A program made the position numbers and the translations under genes. This document shows, piece after piece, positions 11,289-20,110 of a stretch of DNA of 45,845 nucleotides; position 1 is the first letter of the stretch, and each line of letters starts with the position of its first letter. This DNA comes from Syntrophobacterales bacterium GWC2_56_13 (GTDB lineage: Bacteria; Desulfobacterota; Syntrophia; Syntrophales; UBA5619): NCBI GenBank assembly GCA_001830835.1, contig MICJ01000108.1, positions 1 through 45,845 on the forward strand, read 5' to 3'. A model generated the notes under the pieces. It saw nothing but the letters and a program-made list of their open reading frames with translations, did not search any database and was not told the origin of the DNA.

Positions 11289-12038
11289 TTACCGACCCTC
11301 ACCCGAAGCCCGGCGGCCCTTTGTGCAGGCAATCGCCTCTTCAAGGGAAAGGGCGCCCGTATAGAGGGCCTTGCCTGCGATCACACCGACGACGCCCCGC
11401 TTCTCCAGGGGCATGAGCCTCTCGATATCCCGGATCCCCGCTACCCCTCCGGAGGCGATCACCGGGATCCCTGCCGATCCGGCCAGTTCCTCTATGCCTT
11501 CGATATTGACGCCGACCTGCATCCCGTCTCTCGCGATGTCCGTGTAGACCAGGGCATCCGGCCGGTCCTCCGCAAACCGTTTTGCAAGCGCCACCGCTGT
11601 TTCCTCTGTCGTCTGCGTCCATCCCTGCACGGCGACGCGCCCCCCGACCGCATCGATGCCCAGTATCACCTGACCCGGAAACTCCCGGCAGGCCTCCCGG
11701 ACAAACCCCGGATCTCTCAAGGCAGCCGTACCGATGATCACCCACCGGACCCCGATCCACAAATAGGATCCGACGGTTTTCATATTGCGGATTCCACCCC
11801 CGACCTGAACCGGCAGCCCAGTCCCGGCAACAATATCCCGAATCACCGCCTCATGGCAGGGGACGCCCGCGAGGGACCCGTCCAGATCGACCAAGTGCAG
11901 ACGTTCGGCGCCCCGCGCCTTCCAGGCGCAGGCCACACCGACCGGATCGTCATCGTAAACGGTCATCCGCCCGAAGTCTCCCTGGGCAAGACGCACACAC
12001 CGGCCTTCTTTAAGATCGATGGCGGGAATGATGATCAC
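11289..12038 (-). CDS. hisA: ProFAR isomerase HisA
   Basis: MIIIPAIDLKEGRCVRLAQGDF...LHLVDLDGS...GGGIR... is a typical HisA (beta/alpha)8 signature. Confidence 0.9.
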   Translation of the reverse strand: MIIIPAIDLKEGRCVRLAQGDFGRMTVYDDDPVGVACAWKARGAERLHLVDLDGSLAGVPCHEAVIRDIVAGTGLPVQVGGGIRNMKTVGSYLWIGVRWVIIGTAALRDPGFVREACREFPGQVILGIDAVGGRVAVQGWTQTTEETAVALAKRFAEDRPDALVYTDIARDGMQVGVNIEGIEELAGSAGIPVIASGGVAGIRDIERLMPLEKRGVVGVIAGKALYTGALSLEEAIACTKGRRASGEGR

Positions 12039-12127
12039 TAAAGGATTCTTCTCCAGAAAACGAAGGAATTTCCACCATCGCGGAAATTCAGAATCGGGTC
12101 TACCTCACTGCGGGCCTCGCGGAGGCG

Positions 12128-12886
12128 CTACTGCATGCCGGGAAAGGTCTTCATGACCTCTTCCAGTCCCTCTTCAGCCAGTTGCTCCGCCGTGACCCAC
12201 CTCCCACCTCCCCGATAAAACGAGGGAGCTTTGAGGAGATCCTCCATCAGCGAACTCTGCGTCCTATCGAAGTAACCTCTCCAGACGAGCGCCCCATCAC
12301 TGACCTTAAGCAGATGAATCTCAAAGGCAACCGACGCCGGCTGTTCAACGGCATAGGAGACCCCCTTCCTCTCCCGAAAACGGTAGACATAACCGCTAAC
12401 GACGCCTTCCGCCTCCAGTTCGCTTCCCACGTTGCGCAGCACCTGCCGGAGGGGAATTTTGAGGGAAATCGCAGAGACCCGCCTGAAGACTGCGGCGACG
12501 CGTTCTCCGGCAATGAGACCGAATTTCCGTTTGCTTTTGTCCACTTGTTTCAGGAAGAGGTCCTCCACCAAGGCTTCCGGGCTTCCGGAGGATCGTGTTG
12601 CATCGACCATCAGCCCGCAGAGGGGGCAGCGCACGGCACCGCTGCGCGATTCTTCCGGAACGATCTGCTGAAAGGGAACCACGGCAATCCGGTCAAAAAC
12701 AACCTTCCCTTCCGGGACGGCAATACCGACGTCCTCGCGATAAAGGCAGCCCCCGACCATGAGCAGAAGGATGCAGATGGGAAAAAGGTTATATAAACCC
12801 CTGAGGAAACCGGACGACTTTTCGATGATTCTGCCCCCTTTGTCCAAGACGGCGGCAGGCTCCGTCCTTTCCGGGAAAATCTTCAC
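12128..12886 (-). CDS. Hypothetical lipoprotein inserted in the his cluster
   Basis: 252-aa ORF with a hydrophobic segment ending in a lipobox-like LLMVGGC. I recognise no family. The start (GTG 12886) is uncertain. Confidence 0.5.
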   Translation of the reverse strand: MKIFPERTEPAAVLDKGGRIIEKSSGFLRGLYNLFPICILLLMVGGCLYREDVGIAVPEGKVVFDRIAVVPFQQIVPEESRSGAVRCPLCGLMVDATRSSGSPEALVEDLFLKQVDKSKRKFGLIAGERVAAVFRRVSAISLKIPLRQVLRNVGSELEAEGVVSGYVYRFRERKGVSYAVEQPASVAFEIHLLKVSDGALVWRGYFDRTQSSLMEDLLKAPSFYRGGGRWVTAEQLAEEGLEEVMKTFPGMQ

Positions 12887-12940
12887 ATCTCCTGCCGATG
12901 CAATTCCTGCATCGCAATATTTCGAGGCATTTCCTGGTCT

Positions 12941-13531
12941 TCAGACCTCCAGGGAACCCTTGGTAGACAAGATACCCTCGATCCGTACGTCTATCGCGAT
13001 CGCATCTCTGAAGGCGCGGGCAAAGGCCTTGAAAATCGCCTCCGCCCTATGGTGTCCGTTTGTACCATAGCTGAGGTTGATGTGCAATGTTATTCCACTA
13101 TGATCCGAGAATGACTTGAAAAATTCCCGAAGAAGGGCCGGATCGAACTCCCCGATCCTCCGTTCCCCAAGCTCGGCGCGCCAGACCAGATAGGGTCTCC
13201 CGGAGAGATCCATCGCCACGTTGCAGAGACTTTCGTCCATCGGCACCGACGACCAACCGTACCGGCTGATCCCCTTCCTGTCCCCCAAGGCCTTCCTGAT
13301 GGCCTGTCCCAGGCAGATCCCCACGTCCTCCACAAGGTGATGATCGTCCACATCGATGTCGCCCTGACTGCGGATGGCCAGATCCGTCAGTCCATGTCTG
13401 GCAAAGAGGTTCAGCATGTGATCCAGGAAGGGAACCGACGTGTCGATGTCGCCCTTCCCTTTTCCGTCCAGATCGATAACCACCGAGACCTCCGTCTCCG
13501 CGGTCTTTCTTCTAATGGTCGCCTTCCGCAT
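12941..13531 (-). CDS. hisB: Imidazoleglycerol-phosphate dehydratase HisB
   Basis: RKTAETEVSVVIDLDG.G...TSVPFLDHML...DIDVDDHH..EDVGI.LG...HINL.YG.N.HH..EA.FKAFARA shows the canonical IGPD motifs. Confidence 0.92.
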   Translation of the reverse strand: MRKATIRRKTAETEVSVVIDLDGKGKGDIDTSVPFLDHMLNLFARHGLTDLAIRSQGDIDVDDHHLVEDVGICLGQAIRKALGDRKGISRYGWSSVPMDESLCNVAMDLSGRPYLVWRAELGERRIGEFDPALLREFFKSFSDHSGITLHINLSYGTNGHHRAEAIFKAFARAFRDAIAIDVRIEGILSTKGSLEV

Positions 13532-13544
13532 GATAGTCTTCCCC

Positions 13545-14417
13545 TCAGATGACCTTGTTCAGCGGGTACTCAATGATCCCCTCGGCCCCTGCCGCCTTGA
13601 GAAGGGGGATCAGTTCCCGGACGATGCTTCCGCTCACGATGGTCTCTACGGCCAGCCAGTCCTCCGAATGGAGACTGGAGATCGTCGGCGCTTTCAGTGA
13701 AGGAAGCAGGATCACCACCCGGTCGAGATTCTCCCGCGAGACATTCATCTTCAGCCCCACCTTCCCCAGCGCCTGGAGGGAACCGTTGAGGAGCAGACGG
13801 ATCTGTTCGATTTTCTTTCTTTTCCATGGGTCTTCCCATGCCCCGCGATTGGCGATCAGCTTGGTGTTGGTCTTCATCAGTTCATGGATGATCTTAAGTT
13901 TATTGGCCCGGATGGTGGTCCCCGTCTCCGTGACTTCGACAATCGCATCCACCAGCCCTTCGACCACCTTGGCCTCGGTCGCCCCCCAGGAAAATTCTAC
14001 ATGGATGTTGATGTTCCGCTCGGCGAAGTAACGCCGGGTAAAATTGACCAGTTCCGTCGACACCTTCTTTCCCTCCATGTCCTCAATCGACCGGATGGGA
14101 GAATCTTCGCGGACGACCAGGACCCACCTCGCCTGCCTCGGCGAGGTCTTGGAGTAGACCAGGTCCTGAACAGCCACGACATCCGATTCGTTTTCTATGA
14201 TCCAGTCCTGGCCGGTCAGTCCCAGATCGAGCGTGCCATCCTCCACATAGCGCGACATCTCCTGGGCGCGGACCAGCGTACAGGAAAGCTCTTCATCATC
14301 GATATCGGGAAAATAACTCCGGCTGTCATAGGTGATATGCCAGCCCGCCCTCTTGAACAGTTCCACGGTATTGGCTTCCAGGCTCCCCTTGGGAATCCCC
14401 AATTTCAACTTATTCAT
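13545..14417 (-). CDS. hisG: ATP phosphoribosyltransferase HisG (long form)
   Basis: [11 protein letters not shown]...[10 protein letters not shown]...E..TGTT.RAN.L. At 290 aa it includes the C-terminal regulatory domain. Confidence 0.9.
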   Translation of the reverse strand: MNKLKLGIPKGSLEANTVELFKRAGWHITYDSRSYFPDIDDEELSCTLVRAQEMSRYVEDGTLDLGLTGQDWIIENESDVVAVQDLVYSKTSPRQARWVLVVREDSPIRSIEDMEGKKVSTELVNFTRRYFAERNINIHVEFSWGATEAKVVEGLVDAIVEVTETGTTIRANKLKIIHELMKTNTKLIANRGAWEDPWKRKKIEQIRLLLNGSLQALGKVGLKMNVSRENLDRVVILLPSLKAPTISSLHSEDWLAVETIVSGSIVRELIPLLKAAGAEGIIEYPLNKVI

Positions 14418-14788
14418 CGATATACGTCCTTCGGATCAAAGATCCGCTCACCAACAGTAACGAAGTCCCCTTCGGCCCATTTTCTGTAAAAACATGACCG
14501 GTAACCGGTGTGACAGGCGGCGCCTCCCAGTTGTTTGACCTTCAGCAGAATGGTATCCGCGTCGCAATCCAGCAACACCTCCCGGACCAGTTGAACATGG
14601 CCGGATGTTTCCCCTTTCAGCCAGAGGCTTTGCCGGGACCGGCTCCAGTAGGTGGCCTTCCCCGTCTCGAGGGTTTTCAGCCAGGCCCCACGGTTCATGT
14701 AGGCCAGCATGAGGATCTCCCCCGTCTCATGGTCCTGGACCACGACCGGCATCAGTCCCCCGCCTTTTTCAAAATCAGGTTCCACCAT
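14414..14788 (-). CDS. hisI: Phosphoribosyl-AMP cyclohydrolase HisI
   Basis: [23 protein letters not shown]...T...[20 protein letters not shown].....[18 protein letters not shown]. It overlaps the hisG start by 4 nt. Confidence 0.9.
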   Translation of the reverse strand: MVEPDFEKGGGLMPVVVQDHETGEILMLAYMNRGAWLKTLETGKATYWSRSRQSLWLKGETSGHVQLVREVLLDCDADTILLKVKQLGGAACHTGYRSCFYRKWAEGDFVTVGERIFDPKDVYR

Positions 14789-15066
14789 GTCGTTCCCTTT
14801 GATCGCCTTGTTTTCGCTGTAAGTTCGGAATCTGCAGACAGAAGATGAATAATAATTTAAAACATATCATTAATCAAGCATTCTTTTCTGACGATCCGAC
14901 AGACTTTCATCTTGCCTAATCCCCCCCTCTGTGATAGGTATAACGCCACAGGAGCCGCCTTGCGGAGGGCATAATCCATTTTGCATTCGTGTAAGGTTAT
15001 TTTTTCCACAGCGGATTCCGCAGTGATCAACCCGCGGATATCCACATTAGATCAGGAGGTTCTGCG

Positions 15067-15369
15067 ATGTCCTTGCTTATCAGTGGCATTGTATCGGTCA
15101 TCCTCGGCGTGATCGGTTTCTCCATCTGGTGGAGTGAATTTGCTATCATCCTGAAGGGCGGCGTTCCCATAATGTTGATCCTCGGGGGAATCCTTGCGAT
15201 CTACGTCGGTTTTGACGCGATGCAGGACAAGCTGAGAGAGGAGAAGCTCAAACAGGAAGAGAAGCTGCAGAAGACCCTGGAGGAGATTGAACAGGTCAAG
15301 GCCCAGGCGGAACATTACCGGGAAGAGATCGATAAATTGAAGGAACAGGCGAAAAAAAATACCCCTTGA
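15067..15369 (+). CDS. Small membrane protein with a C-terminal coiled coil (hypothetical)
   Basis: 100-aa ORF with AGGAGG 7 nt upstream of the ATG. It has two hydrophobic helices followed by an E/K-rich helix. Confidence 0.5.
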   Translation: MSLLISGIVSVILGVIGFSIWWSEFAIILKGGVPIMLILGGILAIYVGFDAMQDKLREEKLKQEEKLQKTLEEIEQVKAQAEHYREEIDKLKEQAKKNTP

Positions 15370-15472
15370 CAGGAAGCTCAGAATCAAATAGAGCGCGTTC
15401 AATAATTCAGTTTTAGGATTGGTTTTTCTTCTCTTATTGTTTAACTTTGTAACTATTATTAATTATTAAGCA

Positions 15473-15766
15473 AAAATAGTACTGAACAGGCTCAAATACC
15501 GGTATGATCCCGCACTGGCTACGGGGGTCGTGGCCGCCGGCGGCAGTCTCGGGATCCTCATCCCGCCGAGCACGATCTTCATCATCTACGGGATCATGAC
15601 GAAGCAGTCCGTAGGCAAGCTCTTCATGGCCGGCATCCTCCTCGCCGTTCTTTTCATCGTCACCATCGTGGTCTGGACCCACCTGCGGCCCGGTCTCTGC
15701 GTCCCCGCGCCGAAGGCGTCTCTCCGGGAGCGGATCGCCCTCTTTCTCCCGGGGTTGATGAAGTAA
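15473..15766 (+). pseudogene. Internal fragment of a TRAP-type DctM large permease gene
   Basis: The open frame reads ...RYDPALATGVVAAGGSLGILIPPSTIFIIYGIMTKQSVGKLFMAGI..., which is the conserved mid-protein DctM block. Only about 95 codons are present. There is no N-terminal half and no proper start, and it abuts an AT-rich stretch (15370-15490). Confidence 0.65.
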
Positions 15767-15775
15767 GGAGCGCCT

Positions 15776-17221
15776 ATGGATTTTTTCTTCGATCCACAGG
15801 GAGTGGCTGTGGTCGGAGCGACCCCGAACCCCCTCAAGGGGGGAAACGCCCTCCTGAAAAACATCCTGCTCGGTTATCGCGGCGGGATCTACCCCGTCAA
15901 TCCAAAATATCCGGAGATCGAGGGCCTGACCTGCTACCCATCCGTGAGCGTTATTCCCGGCCCGGTGGACCTCGCCGTCGTCTTCATCCCCGCCCCACTG
16001 GTTCCCGCGGCAGTGGAAGACTGCGCTGTGAAAGGCGTCCGGGGCGTCATCATTGAATCGGGCGGTTTCGCCGAAACCGGCCCGGAGGGGACCCGCCTGC
16101 AGAAGGCGCTCGCCGACATCGTCGCCCGCACCGGCATCCGCCTCTGGGGTCCCAACTGCATGGGCCTGGTCGATGTTGTCCACGGCCGCATCTTTTCCTT
16201 CATGGATCCGCGGGCGCAGGAGGAAAAGGAATTCATTCCGGGGACTGTTTCCCTCGTGGTGCAGAGCGGTATGCTCTCCGCCGTCTTTCTCATCGACATC
16301 ATGAGCCACGCTATGATGGGCGTGAGCAAGGTCTGTTCCGTGGGAAACAAGGTCGATGTCAATGAATGCGACATCCTGGAATATCTTTTGACGGATCCCG
16401 ACACAAGGGTCATCGGCTTTTACCTCGAATCCTTCTCCGACGGGCGGCGTTTCATGGACCTCTGCCGCCAAAGCGATAAATCGATCTGCGTTCTCAAGGG
16501 GGGAAGGAGCCGGAAGGGTGCGGAGGCGACGTTGAGCCATACGGCGTCCCTCGCCGGAAACCAGAGGATCATCTCATGCGCCCTCAGGCAGGCGGGGGTC
16601 TACGAAGCCTGGGATTTCAAGCAGATGATGGATTTCTGCCGGTCACTTGCCCTGATAAAACCCTCGGCCAACAGGTCGTCACGCCAAGTTGCAATTCTGA
16701 CCTTCAGCGGCGGGGCGGGCATCGTCTCCACCGATTTCGTCGAAGAACAGGGTCTTTCCATGGCTGAGCTCTCTGAATCCACCAGAACCTCTCTAAAAAA
16801 ACTATTCCCGGAGTGGATGCCGGTCGCCAATCCTGTCGACCTCTGGCCGGCCATGGAAAGTCACATCGGCGCCGATGTCGATGTCTACAGCCGCTCTCTC
16901 ACGGTCGTTCTTGGCGACCCGGAGGTGGATGCAGTCTTTCTCCATATTGCTGTCGGCACTCCCCGTATCAGGCTGAACCTTTCCGATCTGGCCGTTCAGA
17001 TTTGTACGTCCGGGAAACCGGTCATCGTCTGGATCATAGGCCGGAGGGACGATGTCTATGAGTTCCAGAAGCAGGCTCTCCCTTACGGAATTCCCGTCTT
17101 TACGGAACTCTCCCGCGCCGCGGAATGCCTGGCCGTAGTCCTCGGCGGCGGCCGTAGACGCCACCATCGTCCTGGAATGACGGAGCGGATGAATTTCCGG
17201 CGGGGAAATGTCTTTGGATAG
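15776..17221 (+). CDS. ADP-forming acetyl/acyl-CoA synthetase, alpha-type subunit (CoA-binding plus ligase-CoA domains)
   Basis: FFDPQGVAVVGATPNPLKGGN...IYPVNPKY.EI.G..CYPS......PVDLAVV..PA......V..C...GV.G.III..GFAE.G marks an NDP-forming acyl-CoA synthetase N-terminal domain. I saw no ATP-grasp part. Confidence 0.8.
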   Translation: MDFFFDPQGVAVVGATPNPLKGGNALLKNILLGYRGGIYPVNPKYPEIEGLTCYPSVSVIPGPVDLAVVFIPAPLVPAAVEDCAVKGVRGVIIESGGFAETGPEGTRLQKALADIVARTGIRLWGPNCMGLVDVVHGRIFSFMDPRAQEEKEFIPGTVSLVVQSGMLSAVFLIDIMSHAMMGVSKVCSVGNKVDVNECDILEYLLTDPDTRVIGFYLESFSDGRRFMDLCRQSDKSICVLKGGRSRKGAEATLSHTASLAGNQRIISCALRQAGVYEAWDFKQMMDFCRSLALIKPSANRSSRQVAILTFSGGAGIVSTDFVEEQGLSMAELSESTRTSLKKLFPEWMPVANPVDLWPAMESHIGADVDVYSRSLTVVLGDPEVDAVFLHIAVGTPRIRLNLSDLAVQICTSGKPVIVWIIGRRDDVYEFQKQALPYGIPVFTELSRAAECLAVVLGGGRRRHHRPGMTERMNFRRGNVFG

Positions 17222-17268
17222 GGATATCTAATGCTCCTGTAGGATGCGTGCATCAGTGCGGACTGTGT

Positions 17269-17916
17269 CTACTTGATCAGTTGAATATCTTTTTCCTTGC
17301 CGATCACCACGAGGATCTCCCCATCCTTGATGACGAATTCGGCCCCGGGGACCATGTGGATCTTGTCGAACACGATATCCCGAATGGCGATGACCTCGAT
17401 GTGGTATCGGCTCCTCAGCTGGAGCTGGGCGATCGTCTTTCCCAGGAAGCTGTTGGGGGGGGCCATTTCGAAGATCATGTAGTCGTCGGAAAGGGGAAGA
17501 TAATCGATCACGTTGGGGGAGATGAGACTCTTTGCCACTTTGTGGGCGATCTCCTTTTCCGGGATCATGACCTCCGTCGCTCCGACCTTTTCGAGGATCA
17601 GCTTGTGCTCTTCGTTGGGGGCCTTGACGATGATCGTCTTGACCTTCATCTGCCGGAGATGGAGGGTGATCAGGGTTGCCGCCGCCAAATCCTCCCCGAA
17701 GGAGATGATCACGCAATCGTCCTCCTGGATGCCGATCGCTTCCATGATCTCCTTATCCGTTCCATCGGCCAGGATCGCCTTGGTGGAACAGTCCCTCACC
17801 CGCTGGACCGCGTCTTTACCCTTGTCGACGGCAATGACTTCGAAGCCGTTCTCATAGAGTTCCTTAACGATATTGAAACCGAAGATGCCCAACCCGATGA
17901 CGACCACCCTTTGCAT
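17269..17916 (-). CDS. ktrA: K+ uptake regulatory subunit KtrA/TrkA (RCK N+C)
   Basis: MQRVVVIGLGIFGFNIVKEL...G.EV.AVD is a Rossmann GxGxxG RCK_N segment. The C-terminal half is RCK_C-like. It is paired with ktrB. Confidence 0.88.
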   Translation of the reverse strand: MQRVVVIGLGIFGFNIVKELYENGFEVIAVDKGKDAVQRVRDCSTKAILADGTDKEIMEAIGIQEDDCVIISFGEDLAAATLITLHLRQMKVKTIIVKAPNEEHKLILEKVGATEVMIPEKEIAHKVAKSLISPNVIDYLPLSDDYMIFEMAPPNSFLGKTIAQLQLRSRYHIEVIAIRDIVFDKIHMVPGAEFVIKDGEILVVIGKEKDIQLIK

Positions 17917-17942
17917 GGTTCATACCTCCCCGGTGATTGATC

Positions 17943-19316
17943 CTAACCCACCATGACCGATTCTTCGGCGTATTCTATATCCTTTTTCCCCGTCAAATAC
18001 CAGGAAAAGGCCAGCGTCAGGGGGCCCACCCGGCCAGCGAACATCATCAGAACGATGGCCAGTTTCTGAATGTCGTTCAGCTTCGGCGTGATCCCCATGG
18101 AGAGTCCCACGGTGCCGAAGGCGGAGACCGTTTCGAACAGATACTCCACGAAAAAATGACGGCTCTGTTCCGGGGGCAGATCGCCCCCTCCCCCGAAGAA
18201 CAGGAGCACAGAGGTGATCAGACCGATCGAAAGGGCCGACGCGAAGATGATGGCGATCGTCCGGCCGATGATCTCCCGCGGGATCAGCCGGTTGAAGACA
18301 TTCACATGGTATCGCCCCTTCATCCGGTTCCAGATCATCAGGAGCAGGAGCGTGAAACTCGTCGTCTTGATCCCGCCGCCGGTCGAGCCGGGCGAGGCGC
18401 CGATGAACATGAGGATGATCATGACCAGAACCGTCGGGTTGGTGAGCCGGCCGATCGCCACTGTGTTGAATCCGGCGGTCCGCGGCGTGACCGACTGGAA
18501 GAGGGAATCAAGGAACTGCGTCGGGCCGGAAACGCCTTTCAGGATGTGATCCGCCTCGAACAGATAGAAGAGAACAGCTCCCGCCAGGATCAGGGCGCCG
18601 GTGGTCAGGAGCACAAGCTTTGTGTGGAGCGAGAGCCTCTTCTGAAGCCCCCTGCGCCACGCGATGACTTCATGCTGGACGATGAAGCCGATCCCGCCGA
18701 GGACGATGAGCCCCATGACGGTCAGGTTGACGATCCAGTCCCCCCGGTACGCCGTCAGGCTGTCTGAAAAAAGGGAATAGCCGCAGTTGTTGAAGGCCGA
18801 GACAGCGTTGTAGAGCGCATGGAAGAAGGCGGTGGCCGGCGGGAAATCCTGTGCGAAACGGACGAACAGGAGGACCGTTCCCACGGCCTCGATGATGAAG
18901 GTGAGCCGCAGAACCTCTTTGACAATCACGATGAAGTCGCGCCGCGGTGTGTGGAGGAACGTGCTCTGCATGATCTCCCGCTCTTTGAAGGAGATCCCCC
19001 GTCCCATCAGGCCGAAGAGGACGACGGAGAAGGTAATGATCCCCAGGCCCCCGATCTGGAAGAGAACGAGCGTCACGATCTGGCCGGGAAAGGAGAGGTC
19101 CTTCCCGACGTCGATGACGGCAAGGCCCGTCACGCAGACCGCGGCGGCGGAGGAGAAAAGGGCGTCCACAAAGCTCAGATGCCCCCGGTCCGACGCAAAG
19201 GGAAGCCGGAGGAGAATCGCCCCGATCAGGATCGCCAGGGCGAAACTGAGGATGAAGATCCTCGGAGGCGTGAGGTGCCGAGAAAGTGATATTCCGATGC
19301 GACTCTTCCTGTTCAT
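17943..19316 (-). CDS. ktrB: K+ transporter membrane subunit KtrB/TrkH
   Basis: 457-aa polytopic protein with repeated selectivity-filter-like segments (CVTGL, NNCGYS, RTAGFN, TVGLSMG). Confidence 0.88.
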   Translation of the reverse strand: MNRKSRIGISLSRHLTPPRIFILSFALAILIGAILLRLPFASDRGHLSFVDALFSSAAAVCVTGLAVIDVGKDLSFPGQIVTLVLFQIGGLGIITFSVVLFGLMGRGISFKEREIMQSTFLHTPRRDFIVIVKEVLRLTFIIEAVGTVLLFVRFAQDFPPATAFFHALYNAVSAFNNCGYSLFSDSLTAYRGDWIVNLTVMGLIVLGGIGFIVQHEVIAWRRGLQKRLSLHTKLVLLTTGALILAGAVLFYLFEADHILKGVSGPTQFLDSLFQSVTPRTAGFNTVAIGRLTNPTVLVMIILMFIGASPGSTGGGIKTTSFTLLLLMIWNRMKGRYHVNVFNRLIPREIIGRTIAIIFASALSIGLITSVLLFFGGGGDLPPEQSRHFFVEYLFETVSAFGTVGLSMGITPKLNDIQKLAIVLMMFAGRVGPLTLAFSWYLTGKKDIEYAEESVMVG

Positions 19317-19349
19317 ACCGCTAACCTGAAACGTCCAACCCTGTCGGCA

Positions 19350-19380
19350 CCTGGGGACAGATTTGAAATCTGTCCCCAGG
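19350..19380. repeat. Near-perfect 31-nt palindrome (hairpin) between lspA and ktrB
   Basis: CCTGGGGACAGATTT-G-AAATCTGTCCCCAGG has 15-nt arms. No U-tract follows on either strand. Confidence 0.6.
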
Positions 19381-19399
19381 CCCGTTGCTTATCGGTTCC

Positions 19400-19894
19400 C
19401 TATCGTTTTCCTTCAGGCCGTTCTTTTCTTCTCCGGAGGAGGATTGCCATCAGGATTGCCGCGCCGGTCGTGATCGCCGCGTCGGCCACGTTGAAGGCCG
19501 GCCAGTGGTGGGCGCCGACGTAGACGTCGAGAAAATCAACCACCTCTCCGAAACGGACGCGGTCGATCAGATTGCCGACGGCGCCGGCAAGGATGAGGGC
19601 CAGGGAAGAGACCAGCGAGAGGTCCTCGATCCTGGTTGTCCTCAGATAGCGGAGGATGAGGACAATGGCCGCCACCGTCACCGCCAGGAAGAAGACATAC
19701 CGGAATGCCGGGGAAGCCCCGGCCAGAAAGCCGAAGGCGGCGCCGGGATTCCTGACATGGGTGATATTGAAGAATCCTCCGATGACGGCAAACGATTCAT
19801 GGATGCGCAGCGTCGAGATGATCCAGGCCTTTGTCAACTGATCCAGGAGGAGCACCAGAACCGCGATCGCCAGAAAGAAGACAGTCTTCTTCAA
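19400..19894 (-). CDS. lspA: Lipoprotein signal peptidase II
   Basis: LLLDQLTKAWI ... NPGAAFG ... GAVGNLIDR ... VVDFLD ... WPAFNVAD are the LspA conserved blocks. There is no ATG near the N-terminus. I propose TTG 19894 (LKKTVFF), with GGGGAGA/AAGGAAGG upstream. The track start at 20086 adds 64 non-homologous residues. Confidence 0.8.
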   Translation of the reverse strand: MKKTVFFLAIAVLVLLLDQLTKAWIISTLRIHESFAVIGGFFNITHVRNPGAAFGFLAGASPAFRYVFFLAVTVAAIVLILRYLRTTRIEDLSLVSSLALILAGAVGNLIDRVRFGEVVDFLDVYVGAHHWPAFNVADAAITTGAAILMAILLRRRKERPEGKR

Positions 19895-19966
19895 AATCCG
19901 TCTCCCCAATCCTTCCTTAAAGCCGGCACTTGCCCACCTGCCGCCACATGAACCTCTAACAGTCTG

Positions 19967-20076
19967 TTGAAAAACGCTCATCTGCTGCGTTGCGCTACAA
20001 ACCTCATCGCTCAACGTATATTTATATACGCTTCGCTCTTCGGTTTTTACGCGCCTTGCATCTAAGCATTTTTGAA
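19967..20076. repeat. Imperfect ~110-nt palindromic element in the ileS-lspA spacer
   Basis: The arms begin TTGAAAAACGCT... and end ...AGCATTTTTGAA. The centre is CGTATAT-tt-ATATACG. By eye, roughly two thirds of arm positions are complementary. Confidence 0.4.
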
Positions 20077-20088
20077 CCGCCTGCAAAC

Positions 20089-20110
20089 CAGGGTGTTTTT
20101 CAACACCCTG
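20089..20110 (-). terminator. Stem-loop abutting the ileS stop codon (weak terminator or attenuator)
   Basis: The minus strand shows CAGGGTGTT-GAAA-AACACCCTG (9-bp stem, GAAA loop) followed by GTTTGC, a poor U-tract. Confidence 0.35.

Noticed and set aside
15434-16540. 368-aa minus-strand ORF
   Set aside because: It is antisense to the acyl-CoA synthetase alpha-type gene and the DctM fragment, both of which have clear family motifs on the + strand.
17248-18767. 230-aa and 276-aa + strand ORFs
   Set aside because: They are antisense to ktrA and ktrB. They are D/E/R/G/H-rich low-complexity translations.
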